From positions 372,001-436,000 of the forward strand of contig BCIN01000001.1 of NCBI GenBank assembly GCA_039545335.1: a stretch of DNA of 64,000 nt. Reading direction: 5' to 3'. Origin of the DNA: Kondoa subrosea. Taxonomy: Eukaryota. The position numbers and the translations under genes were made by a program. Shown here one piece after another: positions 13,304 to 27,091 of the stretch; within the stretch, counting starts at the first letter, position 1, and each line of letters begins with the position of its first letter. The notes under the pieces are model-generated. The model did no database searches. It was not told where the DNA came from and saw nothing but the letters and a program-made list of their open reading frames with translations.

Positions 13304-15119
13304 TTATGCTTTATGTTTACTCTTCTTCTTTTCACTCTTTGTCGTTTTCATCTTTGGCTTGTCTGAATTTTCACCATTGACTTTCTTTCCGTTCGGTAAA
13401 AGCAGATCGGCGAGATTGATAGCAGCACTTGGTTCTTGAGCTGTAGGTGGTGGCATAGCAGTATCCGGGTTCTTGCTCTTTTTCTTTTTCTCCTTTTTCG
13501 CTACAGGTGGATCATCTACTTCCATATCATTCTCAGCCTGTGCAAGTAGCTGAGTAGTCCTCTTCTTCTTCTTTGGCGGTAGTTTGACTTCTGATGGTGG
13601 GTCAACTTCCATTCCTGCTCCACCTGCTCCTGCTCCTTCGTCCGAGTTCCCCTTTTTCCTTTTCTTCTTCTCCTTTTTATGAGGTACAGCAGGAACGCTC
13701 AATGCGTTGCCCATATTAGCACCAGTAGGTAATTGTTCCGGATCTTGTAAAAGAGAATCATCTTTGTCCGCTTGCATCAAAACATCATCTTCTCCCACTT
13801 CAATTTCCGGTAAGCCAGCTAAAGGTGGTGGTAGTTCGTCTGTTGAATCAGCTCTTTGTTTGCCTTTAGCTTTCTTCGACGACGATGAAGATTTAGCAGA
13901 AGGTGGTAGAAGAGGGACAGCCGGTCGACCGTTTTCTTCATCGTTTAGATCTGAAGCTTCTGAATCTGAGGAAGAGGCCATAGGAATAGCTGGTATATCC
14001 TTTTTGATCTGAGCGTTTGGCGCACGAGCGTGTTGGAGAGTTTTGGTACTTTGAGCTGGCAGAGTAGGAGGGTTGATTGGTTTCGAAAATGGATTGGGAA
14101 GAAGCGATCCATGCACTGATATCGTTGCATTGAGCATCGTCAAACTGTCACGAAAACGCCCGTGAATCAGCCTAAATGCTGAATCTCGAGTGGTAACTCC
14201 ACTGACCCAATGACTTTGAATTGTACATGACCATCTGATCCACCTAGCGGTTCACCAGTAGCTGTATGCACCCAGCAGCCCATATGACCTTCCGCTATCG
14301 TAGAAGCAGCAACAGAATGCGCTCTCTGTTGCTGTTGCTGCTGAGTAGTAGAAGCAGTCTCGTCTATATTGGAAGCGATTTCCAGAGCATCAATCTTGTT
14401 CCTCGCGTCCTCCTCATCAACATTCAACAAATCTCTCGCTTTCTCTTCCTCAGCAGCTTGCTGTTCTTCTTCAAGCAATTTGAAAGCAGCCTCGAAAGCA
14501 TCATTAGGGTAAGCAGGAGCAGCTTGATCTGGTTCGAAATGGTATTGATCTTTAGGAATATGTTCTGAACTGATTTTAGCGTTGAATGCGTTATGAATCA
14601 AGAGGGAAACATGATCTCGAGCATGAGTGACCAAACGAGCTGAAAGTGAAGTTCCGATTCTAGGTCGCCAGCCTATACCTTCAAAGATTGCTGTGACCCC
14701 TGCTATTGCTGTTGGTGTGATGAGATTGGCTGTATCTGCTATTTGTAGCGTTTCGTGATTGACAGTGCACAAGACGACGCCGAGTGAAGCAATATATCTG
14801 TACATAGGCCAGCATTCGTTAAACTGATTTACACAGCATGAAGCAGACCTCCACACCTCGTTACAAAGCTGTCCAATATCTCGCCTACTCCAGCTCGAAT
14901 ATCGGCAGAATGAACAGGTGCCAAAGGTATGACCATTTCATAGCGAACAAGCCTGAATCCCCGACTGTATCGTTCCAATAAGCTATCTTATCACCTTCCT
15001 GGATACTTCCCAGCTCACTCTGAACCTCCTCCTATGACTTGTTCATCTTGCTGCTGTTCTCGTTTGCGCTTCAAAGACTTTGATTTGCTCTTTGATTTAT
15101 GAGTATGGACAGCAGCCAT
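13304..15119 (-). CDS. RPA43: RNA polymerase I subunit RPA43 with long Lys-rich C-terminal tail
   Basis: Spliced N-terminus GFRLVRYEMVIPLAPVH...ILDSFVTRYIASLGVVL, WRPRIGTSLSARL, HVSLLIHNAFNAKIS, VQFKVI...ISVHGSLL; ATG at 15119. Confidence 0.8.
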
Positions 15120-15261
15120 CTACTCCAACTGCGTCTGGTATCCTCCAGAGCCTCTCGAGGGTATCGCGTTGGACGTTCTGAAGCAGGAAAAGGATTTTGA
15201 GTTTTTTCGCGAATTGCTTGCTGCGATCTCTTGAACAGCAACAGCCTATACTCCGTCAAAC
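15120..15261. promoter_or_regulatory. Short bidirectional promoter region RPA43/BUD23
   Basis: Only 142 bp separate the divergent start codons at 15119 (-) and 15262 (+). Confidence 0.6.
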
Positions 15262-16332
15262 ATGTCTAGACCAGAGCATTTTGCTCCTCCAGAAGTGGTC
15301 AGCTCTTGTTCCCTTCAGTGTTGACTGTGGTTTGCTTATATGTTCAAGCACAGTTCTACAATGAGACCGAAGCCTCAAAGTATTCAAACAAGTCAGCTCT
15401 TTCTTGTTTTCTTGCTCTCCCCTTTTCCTCATTTGTTCTGCTTCAAAAGTTCTCGTATTCAAGAAATTCAAGCATCTATGACTGAACGATGTATCGAACT
15501 TTTGAACCTACCTCCTTCCTCTACAGATCCATCCATGCCTAAACCTTGCTATTTACTCGATATTGGTTGCGGATCTGGTTTATCGGGCGAACTCTTGACG
15601 GATGATGGTCATATTTGGTGCGGAGTAGATGTATCCGCATCTATGCTAGGTAAATCATCTTACAGACTATCTCACACGTCTTTATTCATGAAGTTACATC
15701 TTATAGAAGTCGCATTGGAGAGAGAATCAGAAGGAGATCTTTTCTTACAAGATATAGGTCAAGGTTTTGGTTTTCGCGCTGGTTCTTTGGATGGCTGTAT
15801 TTCCGTTTCAGTTTTACAATGGCTCTGCAACGCCGATTCAAAACTTCACAACCCATCACAAAGATGTTCTCGTTTCTTTAATACTTTATTCGCTTCACTT
15901 ACTAGAGGTGCAAGAGCTGTTTTTCAATTTTATCCTGAATCAGATGATCAAGTTAAATTCTTAATGGGTTACGCTACTAAAGCTGGTTTCTCTGGTGGTT
16001 TGGTAGTCGATTATCCTAATTCTAAGAAGGCGAAAAAGTTTTATTTGGTCTTGATGAGCGGAAGCAGTAATGAAGGATCAAAACAAAGTAATGCTTTACC
16101 TGCTGCGAAAGGAGTTGATGGAGAAGAGGAAGAAGGAGATGGTCAGGTTAAATATGAAAGAGCTAGAGAAAGGAGAGCAGCGAGTTCGCGGAAAGGGAAG
16201 AGGAAAGGGATCAAGGACTCAGGTGGTGCGAAAGATTGGATCATCAAGAAGAAAGAGTCAAGGCGGGCAAAGGGGAAAGATACGCCGAAGGATTCAGCTT
16301 ACACTGGAAGGAAGAGGAGGGTGCAATTCTGA
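15262..16332 (+). CDS. BUD23: 18S rRNA (guanine-N7) methyltransferase Bud23/WBSCR22
   Basis: MSRPEHFAPPEV start, SAM motif LLDIGCGSGLSG, ISVSVLQWLCNAD, GFSGGLVVDYPNSKKAKKFYL, C-terminal YTGRKRRVQF. Confidence 0.95.
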
Positions 16333-18946
16333 TTGCGGGCGCTGTAACATGTGTACATGATGTAACAAGATTCACGAGAAGCTACATTATCAACAGAAGC
16401 AAATATCGAGACAGACTCAGTTCAGGTAAGGTCCCATCAGATTGTGTAGACCGGCACACACTGGGACCGGGACGGCGATAATACTTTAGCTGCGATTATT
16501 TGGCAGGCCTCATAGGCTTCAGTAAGGATGCTATAGGACTTCACTAGCGCTTCACTTGCAAGGCTACGAGATGAAGATCACGATATAGATCTACAAGAAG
16601 GCAGGCTTGAAAACTCGAAAGTATCAAAGGGGAACAAAACGAGCACTAAAAAGAATCTGCTTATTGGGGACGAGAGGCAAGTTTGAGTCGTACTTCATCA
16701 AAGACGATGCAAGATGCGCTCTGCTGCTTCCCTCTATTAGCGAAGTATATTCGGAATAAAAGGAACCCGGATAGCATAAAAGTCATCACCTCAAAGCGAT
16801 AGATGCAGATGGCCAAAGGTGATCGTGGCAAACCTTCCGTCGACGCTCATGCGTGCGAAACGTTTCTTCGGCTCTTCAACCATCACCGAGAGTAGAAGTA
16901 TCCAGGGATGCCAGCAACCAACGGACTACGTATGTCTATCGTCGTTTCGCACACCTCAGTGGCTCAAGTACAGACAGAACCACCTTTGAGCGCGAAAGAG
17001 AAAGAGATAGTCAAGTCGTACGGTGATTGGACCAACTTTTGCTTGAGCTACAGTACGGTGGACGGACCGAGCTGATATAAAGGCTGCTCAGGCAGGAAAC
17101 GCAGGTCTGAAACCATTCAACATGGACGAGAACGATGAAGCGAAGAGAATTCTTGAGAGTATGGTCGCTAATGATGAAGCCCAGAAGCAGAAGGGTCAGA
17201 AGTAGCATGGTGTAGCTAGCCTTCTCGATCGAGTTCCATACTAGTTCCATTCGATACAACTTCGCGCGCAGCCCTTGTCCATCTTGTCCATAGCGAGCAC
17301 CTTGTAATTGCCTGCGCACGTTCTGCACTAGCAGACAGAAGGGTTGGGAGCTTCTTGGTGTATCGTCTGTGCCATCTCGCGTTTCCTTTCATCGCTATTC
17401 GTCCGTAAGAGGCTTTCGTACCTTTTACGTTTCGGTCCTGCACTCTTTCTGCTTGTCTGTGTATGATTACGCTTCTTCATGTCTACTGTTTCTACTGTGC
17501 CTCGCTGCGGATTGTCTCCCTTGCGCACCGATGAAGCTCTTGAGCCTTTCTTTGCGCGGTCGAAGGCGTATCAGCTTTCCACTACTCCATTGCACTCCTG
17601 GGATGATATCAAGCAGCATATCAGTATGTCTCATCGTTATTCAGTCATCCGTCTCTCAAACATCAGCCAGTAAAGGGAGAAATAACGAAATTGAAGCGTC
17701 ATCCAGAACCTCAGCATTGCTATGCGAATGACTTTTACCCTCTGATGATTGAGAAGTGAGCCTCCGTTCTCGTCGCAAAGAATGACATTGACTGAGTTTC
17801 GCTTAGACATGGTTCAGCTGCTCAATTCATCGAGTATAGAATTCAGCTACCAAAACTAGAAGGCGAACCGGTACCCTTTACAGCTGATCTGGACTCTGGT
17901 CTCTACCGAGTACACGAAGCGGATTGGCCATACAGTTTCCCTTCAGGCATCTCGTACATTTCTATATTCATGTCAGCTGAAGGTATTGTCCTAATTTTAC
18001 CCCCAGGCATTATATCGTCTGGACTCGTTGTCATCTCCTTCACCCTGCTCTCGTCAACAATGAACCGGAAAAATGGGAAGTACTAAAGAATCAAGGTCTC
18101 TGCGGTTTAACCGGATCGACAAACTCTAAAACAGCAGAAGGGCACTATACTGGTGTTGGAACTGCTCCTGGAGAAGTTGGAGTGAGTTGACAGAGTCCAG
18201 CTTATGGCGATCAGCTGAGATGCGACGTAATAGTATGAGATGCGGAAGTTCGTGCTTGCGAATTGGCCGAAAGAAGAAATAGAGGCTGCTTTGTGAGTCT
18301 TCCAATTCAAAAGCTTTCCGATACTCATCTAGGATCCTCGGCAGCTACGTCAACCCTGTTGCTGCCCAGTCCATAACAGTGAGTTTTTCTGCCTTCCTTC
18401 GGCAATGATCTTTCTTTGAGCCTTTCCTCCAATAGGCTCTTGCGCACTTTCACGTCATCTGTAAGGCCAAGTGATATTAGCAGGATATGACATAACATAT
18501 TCCGACAACTTGAAGGAGAAAGTGGACGCGACGATAAGGCGCAGCGGAACATTTATTTTAAATTGACTCTTTTCCTTTTACGAGCGCAAGCAAATTACAC
18601 GAGACACGCAACCACAGCTGCAACCACAACGGCAGGCTGCTGTCTCAACCTTGTGATTGTTTTCACACCAAAATTGCCAGTCCGGACCAGCTCTGTCGAT
18701 CCTTACCTTTTGATCACTTCCGGTAAACCCAACTAAAACCCTCCTTTGTCTTCGCTCGACCACACAAAGCAATCAAGCATCTACATTTGATGCTTTAGCA
18801 GGCCCAACACACGTCAGTTGTATTCCGTCATAACCATTAATAAACACGACTCTGAAAGAATAGTGCTCACATTCCAGGCTTATCCCCCTTTCGCAACACA
18901 TTTAGAAAGCTCACTCCACCTCAACAACGACCTCACATCCGCAAAG

Positions 18947-20695
18947 ATGGACGAGATAGACAACTGGTGTCCGACGTGCGGAACATTAATAGAAAGCACG
19001 GACTTGGATGAAATAGATATGGACAATCTGCCGCCTGCGATAGCGAATCCTAGGGTTTCTGCAATCTCTCACGCTCCTGCTCATACTAGCAAGCTGCAAA
19101 AAGGCAGACCTGGACACGCTCGAGCGAAAAGTCATCATCTTAAGAAGAATCAAAGTTCAGGCAGGTTAGCCACAAAAGGACTGGTCAGCAAAGCTTTGGC
19201 AGCACCACCTAAATTAGAAGATTTGATCAAGCAAGAAGAGGTTCAAGAGTCATGGAAAGGTTATTATTGCTCGGCGAAATGTATGGAGCAAGATGAACTC
19301 TCGAGCAGATTGGCTCTTTCCAATCTTTCCGACTCTGGAATGGTCTATCCTAGTCCTTCGATACATAATCGCCGACCTTCAAGCACTTCTTCCTATGGGT
19401 ATAGCAGCGAAGACCAGCTTTCTTCTCCTACTTTACTTCCTTCTCGACGCAACAACTCGAGTGATCGCGTCACGGACTACTTCTCAAGTGGTGGCAGTAC
19501 CGCAATCCGCAGAAATGGGCGCCCTTCAGGTCTTTCTGCAGCTTCCTTTTCGAGTCGGAACGATCGTGGATCTTCGGATTCCCTCAATGGTCGAGATTCG
19601 CCTATTGAAGCTCAACCTTTTCCACCAGTACGAAATGCGAGAAGCGGTCTGCGAGCAATGACTCCTATTCACTCTAGCTTCGTACCTATGGAAAGATCAG
19701 CTTCCATTGAATCCCAAAACCGCAATTCCAGTTCAGACGAAGACTCGCGCAGCAAGCATCGCTACGATGCAAGCATAAGTAAAGCGGGTAAAAGTCTTGC
19801 TCGAGCTTCCAAACCACGGTCCTTTTCGGCAACACGGTCCGGTATTTTACCAGGACACGCTTCTGCTACGACCCCTGTTTTGAGTCAAGGGATAGAGGGC
19901 AATGCATTTGGAACGGTGTTTTCAAGATCGCTCAATGCATCGGATCATTATCCAATAACAAGACCGAGAAGTCACAGAAACAACTCCTCTTCAGCCTCGA
20001 TACCACATCTTTCTTGCTCACCTTCTTCTCCGGCGTCTTCTATCTGGTCAACTCGATCGACTCATTCTACGGCATCTAGTAATGCTCCGTCTGATGGGTA
20101 TGGCGTAAAACAAGAAAACTTCAACACGCATCATCGGAATAGATCTTCCCTTTCCGTTCCCCAAATGGCGCGCAATTCCTCGTCTAGCGCTATTCCGTCA
20201 TACCTTTCTCGAAGTCCTCCAGCTAAATTCTCTACATTCGACGAATCGCAAGGCACCATCTCTCGAATCATCCACGAGAAAGTAGTCAAGAAATTCGCTT
20301 CTTCCTCACCTCCTCTGTCATCCCAATACCATCCTCATCCAACTTTCAGTAGCGAAGATGCTTTACCTTATCCGTCTCTGATTACAAATTCGCCAGGCGA
20401 AGCAACCCCAACTCAAAGTGATAATCACCTTAAACGAATAGGCAGCAGCGCTTCCGTCGTTTCTCTTCCTCACTACTTTGCATCGAAGGATTATACACCT
20501 GCCGCTACTTTGGCCCCTGAAAGAGCAGGCATAGCTACAGGTGTATCACCAGGTTCGATGGGTAAAGGATGGAAATGGGATTCTACAATGGCTCAATATC
20601 CTGCTATGAAGAGCAAGAAAGCTGGACCAGAAACGGAGAGGAAGAAACTGTTCATCTTTGATCAACCACAACAGAAGACTGGTTTTAAGGCTTGA
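18947..20695 (+). CDS. ECL1-family (extender of chronological lifespan) Cys-motif protein, intronless
   Basis: MDEIDNWCPTCGTLI ... YYCSAKCMEQD is the split CxxC/CSxxC Ecl1-type motif; long Ser-rich tail ending RKKLFIF; one uninterrupted ORF. Confidence 0.7.
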   Translation: MDEIDNWCPTCGTLIESTDLDEIDMDNLPPAIANPRVSAISHAPAHTSKLQKGRPGHARAKSHHLKKNQSSGRLATKGLVSKALAAPPKLEDLIKQEEVQESWKGYYCSAKCMEQDELSSRLALSNLSDSGMVYPSPSIHNRRPSSTSSYGYSSEDQLSSPTLLPSRRNNSSDRVTDYFSSGGSTAIRRNGRPSGLSAASFSSRNDRGSSDSLNGRDSPIEAQPFPPVRNARSGLRAMTPIHSSFVPMERSASIESQNRNSSSDEDSRSKHRYDASISKAGKSLARASKPRSFSATRSGILPGHASATTPVLSQGIEGNAFGTVFSRSLNASDHYPITRPRSHRNNSSSASIPHLSCSPSSPASSIWSTRSTHSTASSNAPSDGYGVKQENFNTHHRNRSSLSVPQMARNSSSSAIPSYLSRSPPAKFSTFDESQGTISRIIHEKVVKKFASSSPPLSSQYHPHPTFSSEDALPYPSLITNSPGEATPTQSDNHLKRIGSSASVVSLPHYFASKDYTPAATLAPERAGIATGVSPGSMGKGWKWDSTMAQYPAMKSKKAGPETERKKLFIFDQPQQKTGFKA

Positions 20696-21057
20696 TATTC
20701 GTTCTCCTGATCGTCGCATTTCGCATGATGTGAGTTACAATCCTCCTTATTTGAAGAGGAATGAGACTGATGACGGTGTATCGAATAGTACTCCACATAC
20801 TGTATACCGATTGTCATACTACTGCTTCTATACACCCCATTTCGGCATTTTCGCACTTCCTACTCCTCTTCCAAAATCGTTCATATATCAAGCACTGCAA
20901 GAAGACATGGTTGGCTGAGAATGCACTATGGACGCAATTATCTTTATATACATACATTCATAGCTTGTTTATTTCATCATTTCATTTCATTTACGCGCGG
21001 CTCTTTTTTGGACTCGTCCGTTTTACAGATTTCTGCTGAAGTGATACCCAGACGAAG

Positions 21058-24000
21058 ATGGGGGTGAGAGATACTCTGAATAAAGCGAAGGCTAGAGTAG
21101 TTAATGTGAGTGGATCGCCATGACAAAACACAGAAGGTCGAGTCGAGCTGATGTGATTCGCTTTTGTCGGTAGCAAATCGAGTGCGTTGCATTTGCCTTT
21201 AGTCTCTCAGTACTGGTGTAAACCATTGGAGTGCAGCGAATTGCAGACTGATTTCGAACAAGCAAAGATCCAGGTTCGTGCATGCGTTTGTAGTCTGTGT
21301 CTTTTGACACTCAGACAAGCGAATGCAAACAGGTCAAGACTACTATCAATGTACGATTTATCGAGACTCTGTGTGCGTATTGCTGAATTCATTGTGTTCA
21401 GCCCAATCATAGACATGACGAGGGTAAGTTCTGACTCTTTGTTTCATACTCAATGTATAGCTGATCATATCACAGAGCACGAGAAAGAAGCGGATGCGAA
21501 ACTCTCTGCGATTTGTGCAAGGTGCGTAGCATGAAGCATTGGCTGAATTGTCAGCTCAGTACTTCTGTCGACGTACAGTCACCGCTTCAATTCTTTCGCT
21601 CAAGGTAACATTCTGCAATATATACCCATGACTCGAGCTCATTAAGATTGGGCAGAACGACACGGCAACAATGCGACATTCTACATTGACGGCCACGATT
21701 ACTTTGCAGCTTGCGCAGATCTGATAGACTCGGCTCAAGAATTCATTGGGATTGCAGATTGGTGGTGTACATGGCTCTTAGTAGAGTAGATAAGAAGCCT
21801 CACTGAGTAATTGTATAGTATCACCTGAACTTTACATGAAAAGGTTTGTTTTCTGGGTATAAACCTGTAATATTTCACTGAAATTGTTGTAGACCGCCCG
21901 CTGAGAACGAAGAATGGCGTCTTGATCGACTTCTGCTGAAGAAGGCTAATCAAGGAGTCAAGATCTGCGTCATGGTATACAAAGAGGTGATCTATACTTT
22001 ATTCTTGATGATCTGGTTTGGCTCACAGAGGTATAGGTCACTCAATCTATGACCATGTCTAGTGTAAGCTTCTTGATCCGTCACTAACTCGTTCAGCTGA
22101 GTGTCTGGCTGTCTAGGCTGCAACGAAACATACTCTGGAAGAACTCGAAAGTTCCAGCGAGAACATTGCAGTCGTCCGACATCCCGATCATCTTGGAGGC
22201 GAGGTTACACTTCTTTGGTCTCATCGTATGTGCTGCGGTTTACTTTTTCGCTCCTTTTCTGATAATTTGGACAGACGAAAAGATTGTCCTGGTTGACAAT
22301 GCTGCTGCCTGTGTGAGTCAGGAATAATTACAGAAATCCTCTTTAATAATGATCCCGTCAGATCGGAGGTCTTGATCTTTGCTTTGGACGATGGGACACT
22401 CGTATGTGGTGATCGTTTCTTGCTTTCTGAATCTCACATCTATTCAAGACACGGCTCCACTTTGCGATGCTCATCCTCGGAATATCAGAGCTACACTGTT
22501 TCCCGGAGCGGATTTCAACAATGCGAGAATCAGCGATTTCGCACAAGTTGATCATTGGCTCATGCAGCAGCCTAACAGACTTGATAGTGCACGTATGGTA
22601 GGTGTAAAACCTTTACGGAAAATGAATATGCTCATGCTTCTATCAAGCCCTGGCATGATGTACATTCCATGGTGTCAGGTCCAGTCGTTCTGGACATAGC
22701 ACAGCATTTCGTAGAACGTTGGAACTATGTTAGTATAAGACTATCACACAGTATTGATTAACCTGCTGACGGTCAATTTCTTCCGCTGTAGATTAGGATG
22801 CTGAAATATGTCAGTACAACAAACAAGTCGCAAGCTTCGCTAATTCTCTGCCGTATTCTGCAGAAACATGATCATCGATATCCTCTGCTTGCATTCCCTC
22901 ATGTGCTTGATGAGAACGGCGAGCAAACTGGTCAGCAACGCGAGCCTATCGTTGAACGTATGTTAGACATTACATTATTCATCAGTAAAAGCATTATTGA
23001 CTTGAGAAAAAGATCCGCGCTTCCACGACTTCGTAGGATTTGCTCCTATTACAGACTGAATTGAGCTGATGTTTATATTTCAAGATGGAAGGCATCAAAT
23101 TTCATAAAGCTCACGCAGTAAGCCAAAGCTCTGATTCTAAGACAATAGATTAACTTTGCGCAGAATCCTCCTCCAGTTGGACATGATCCACATGGAGGCA
23201 AGACACTCTATCCGCAAGGCAACATGCGAATTCAAGTGCTTCGATCTTCCGCTGATTGGTCGCATGGAATACTGACGGAGCATTCAATACAAAACGCTTA
23301 TCGCCAAATGATTGCAGAAGCGAGCGATTTCATCTATATTGAAAATCAGGTTGGTTTTCTCTTCAGATCATTTAGGTCTGTTCCTCAAAAGCATCCGCCA
23401 GTTCTTTGTGACATCGACAGGGAAAGATACAAATGGGCCTGTTTTGAACGTCGTTGGCGAAGCTATTGCAGAGCGATGTCTATTAGCAGCAAAGGATGGC
23501 AAGAAATTCAAAGTTATGATTGGTCAGTTTGAATCCGCAGGAAGTCAGGCTTTTGCTGAGCAAGCGCTAGTGATACCTGCCATTCCTGGCTTTGCTGGTG
23601 ATTTGAAAGCCAGTGGTGGAACATTAGCTATCATTGCTAGCACAATCAAATCGGTGCGCGCAATATCTTATCTCTTCGTCATTATGCTCAATTCCTTATC
23701 TTAGATCGAAGCCATCTTCAAGCGCATTCGTGATGGCGGTTTCCAGCCTGAAGAATACATTGGTCTGTACAATTTGCGCTCGTATGATAGATTACCAGAT
23801 CCTGCAGTCATCAAGAAACAAGAGCAAGACTCTGGCTATACGCATGATCAAGTACAAGCAGCATTGGGCCGAATCTACATGTGAGCTTCTTTTTCGAGCG
23901 AAGTTCAAGACTAAATGTACCTCAGGGGAGATCATGCGACGAAGCGCGAGAACGATAAGAACCCTTACATAGAAATCCATGACGCAACAACATCTGGTGA

Positions 24001-25501
24001 AAACCTAGCAGATGGAGAGGGCAAGAAAACTGCACCCAAGGACGTCCAGAAGATTTCGATACCTAAGACAGTGGCTGAAGCTCGAAATATCATCGAGGCA
24101 TTCGAGCGAGCTTATCCTTCAGGTTAGAGTCCTGGCTTTTACCTGTGGCCTGACTTATGCGTTGTCTGCAGATGTACCTCTTACGCCTGGGAGCGTAGCT
24201 GGTTGCGCCACTGTCAGTAGATCCTTATTTGATGTACCATGGACTGGTACACCAGAGGATGAGGCTCGCTGTTGGATCACGGAAGAGAAATATGTCAGTC
24301 AATAAGCATAGGAATTCTTCTCCTTCTCACAAGCTTCTTCTTAGATTCACTCAAAGCTCCTGATCTGCGATGATCGGAGAGTACTGATCGGGTATGCCTG
24401 AGATAGCTAATATCTGGCAGATTTCAGCTAAAACCTGCTGTCTATAGTTCAGCGAATCTGAACGATAGATCTCAAATGGGGGACAGAGATTCTGGTCAGT
24501 TCGTCTCCTGATCAAGCTTTTGAAGCTTATCCTCGACACCAGAGATCGCTATTGTGATCGAAGATAATGAAATGGTTGAATCTCGCATGAATGGCAAAAA
24601 ATGTGAGCATCATTCATGCAATCCTTCTACCCGTCAAAGATCTAATTCTTCTGCTTGTAGTCATGGTAATCTTCCAGCTAATAGGCGCAGAAAGCAGTAA
24701 ATTGACCTCGTTGAACAGGCAAACCGTTTCGCCTCACAATTTAGACGCCAATTATTTAAGCTACATTTAGGTCTAGCCGAAGAACAGATTTGCGAGCCAG
24801 GAAACGACCGGCATACTTCTGCCATGACCATGCTAGGCAAAGGTGGACAAGAAATCTTTGATCAAGAACATGATGAGGTGGTTATGGTGAGCCCAATTAC
24901 CTTACAAGCCACCACGCAGGTCAAATTTGCGCCTAGGATCCTTTGAGCGATGAGTTCCAAGAGTTATGGAAAGGTCGCGCCCAGAAGAATACGGAGATAT
25001 TCGAGGTGAGTTCTGCCTACGTTCAGTCTGGCCGTACTAATTCTGTTACAGGATGTCTTCCATGTCGTGCCTACCAATCGAGTCAAGAATTGGACTGAAT
25101 ATCAAGCTTGGAAGCCCAAGGCGCCAACAATGCCAGGTCGGTCACCGTTTTGTATCGATCACTTTGCACATCAGGCTTACCTATAATGCACAGGTCATAT
25201 TGCCGACTACTCAATGGACCCGGCGCATGTGAAGCAGCAGTTGAGCGAAGTGAGTCTCTGAAGTAGAGAGAAAGACTAGCTTGCTGAAAACGCGCACAGA
25301 TTAAAGGAAGTCTGGTCACTATGCCTTTAGAATTCCTCAAGTCGGAAGAACTGATAAGATGGACTGTCGATGTCAATCCGTAAGCTCTGAGGCATCTCGT
25401 GTTGATGTACACTGACCTTGGCTTTAGTGGTACAATGGCTGGTCTGTGCTCCTGTCGACGACATTAACTCGAGCTGATGATCGTTTCTAGTTTATATCTG
25501 A
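21058..25501 (+). CDS. Phospholipase D (two HKD motifs), highly intron-split
   Basis: IADWW.SPELY, WSHHEKIVLVD...[74 protein letters not shown]. Start (MGVRDTLNK) and end are approximate. Confidence 0.9.
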
Positions 25502-25677
25502 TGTAGTTCGGTCGGCGCTGGGCGAAGACTGAGCTTGTAATACACGGAGTACGGAGTACAATAGATGATAGCGAATTTTAGATGATCAAAGTTGAATATT
25601 GAATTCAGTACGCGCGTTTGCGCGACGCTTGACCTCGAACGCATCACGAATATTTTTTCCCTGCTAGATCAGTCGAC

Positions 25678-27051
25678 ATGACTGCGAGCATTGTGAGAAG
25701 ATACAAGCCCTAGTAGGCTATCCCGTTTGTACCAATGACGGCTACTCACAAGAAAATGTCAAATAGCTTCATGCCTGAAGAGATCGATGAAATGCTCAAG
25801 GCTAACTCTAAAGGGGCTTCTCTACACTCTATGGAGATCCTGAGGCAGCAGGCTTGCAATTTCGCTCAAGACGTTGGCGAGAAATTAGGCTTGTGGGTTT
25901 GAGCTGTGTGTCGTTGGAATGCTGCTCAAGGAAGAGCTGCTATAGCCCGAGAAGGACCATAGCAACCGCTCAAGTCCTATATCATCGATTTCATCTCTAT
26001 TTCCCTATCAAAGACTTTGGGTATCAGGTTTGTGCGATTTTTGCAGTTGTCGAAGAGATCCGCTCAGTTCTGTATCAGGATGTGATTGTTGCGGCTATAT
26101 TGGTGGCTTCTAAGCTAGAGGACACCTTGAAGAAGCTTCGCGAAATTCAGAGCGCTGCCCACGCTGTTAAAGCACTTTGGGACGGAACGAATGCAACAGA
26201 ACCGGATGAGCAGGTCAGCAGTCTGTCCAGTATGCTATCCACCTCTTCAATACCCCTTCTAGATGCTCGACTATGACCGATCGAAACTTATTGGCATAGA
26301 ACGCTTGATTCTCGAATCTGTCTCCTTCAATTTCAATCTGCAAGCTACAGACGCCTCAACTGCTGAAACGTCTATCCATGGCATCAGCGGGAGCGGAAGA
26401 ATAGGTAGTGATGTATTCGTCAACATCATTAAACTGGGCAAGCGCTTACAAGGTTCGAAATCTCTTCCATCATGCATACTTGAGCTTAAAATTGTCGCAG
26501 CTTCGAAAGAGTTCTGTCAGCTAGCATTCCGCCTCGGAATTGATGCTCATACGACACTCGCACCTCTTTCCTACACACCTCAATGCATCGCTCTAGCTTG
26601 TCTTTGGCTCGCATCTTGCCTTCAACCCCCTTCAGACGGAATGGAAGCAGTGGAAGGCGTACCTACATTCGCTGAAGGATGGACAACTGAATACTCTTGT
26701 CAAGTATCCGATATAGAACAAATCGCTTATGCTGTGCTCAACGTACTGTCCCAATCTGCGTTGAAAACACAAAGCAAAAGTCTTTCCACTTCTCCGGCCG
26801 ATCGATCTCCAGCAGAAGGTGGCCGTACGACATCTTCAGCGGCAGCAGAAATCACTCAAGCTGCATTGGTCCGACTACAGCATGCTAAAGACAAACGTAA
26901 AGCTCAAGATTCACTACAACGTTCTTCTTCCAACTCTACTACACACAAACGTACTCGCACTGAATCCAAATCGGATACTATACTTACTACCAATACCGCT
27001 AGCGAGAACTCTTTGGGAAGAGATGATTCAACTATCAGGTTTCAGTTTTGA
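25678..27051 (+). CDS. Transcriptional cyclin (Ctk2/cyclin K-like)
   Basis: Cyclin box PRRTIATAQVLYHRFHLYF...VAAILVASKLEDTLKKLREI, LIGIERLILESVSFNF, LSYTPQCIALACLWLA. Confidence 0.85.
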
Positions 27052-27091
27052 ATGCAATTGAAAAGGAATGAATTTACCTTTTGCACCACTC

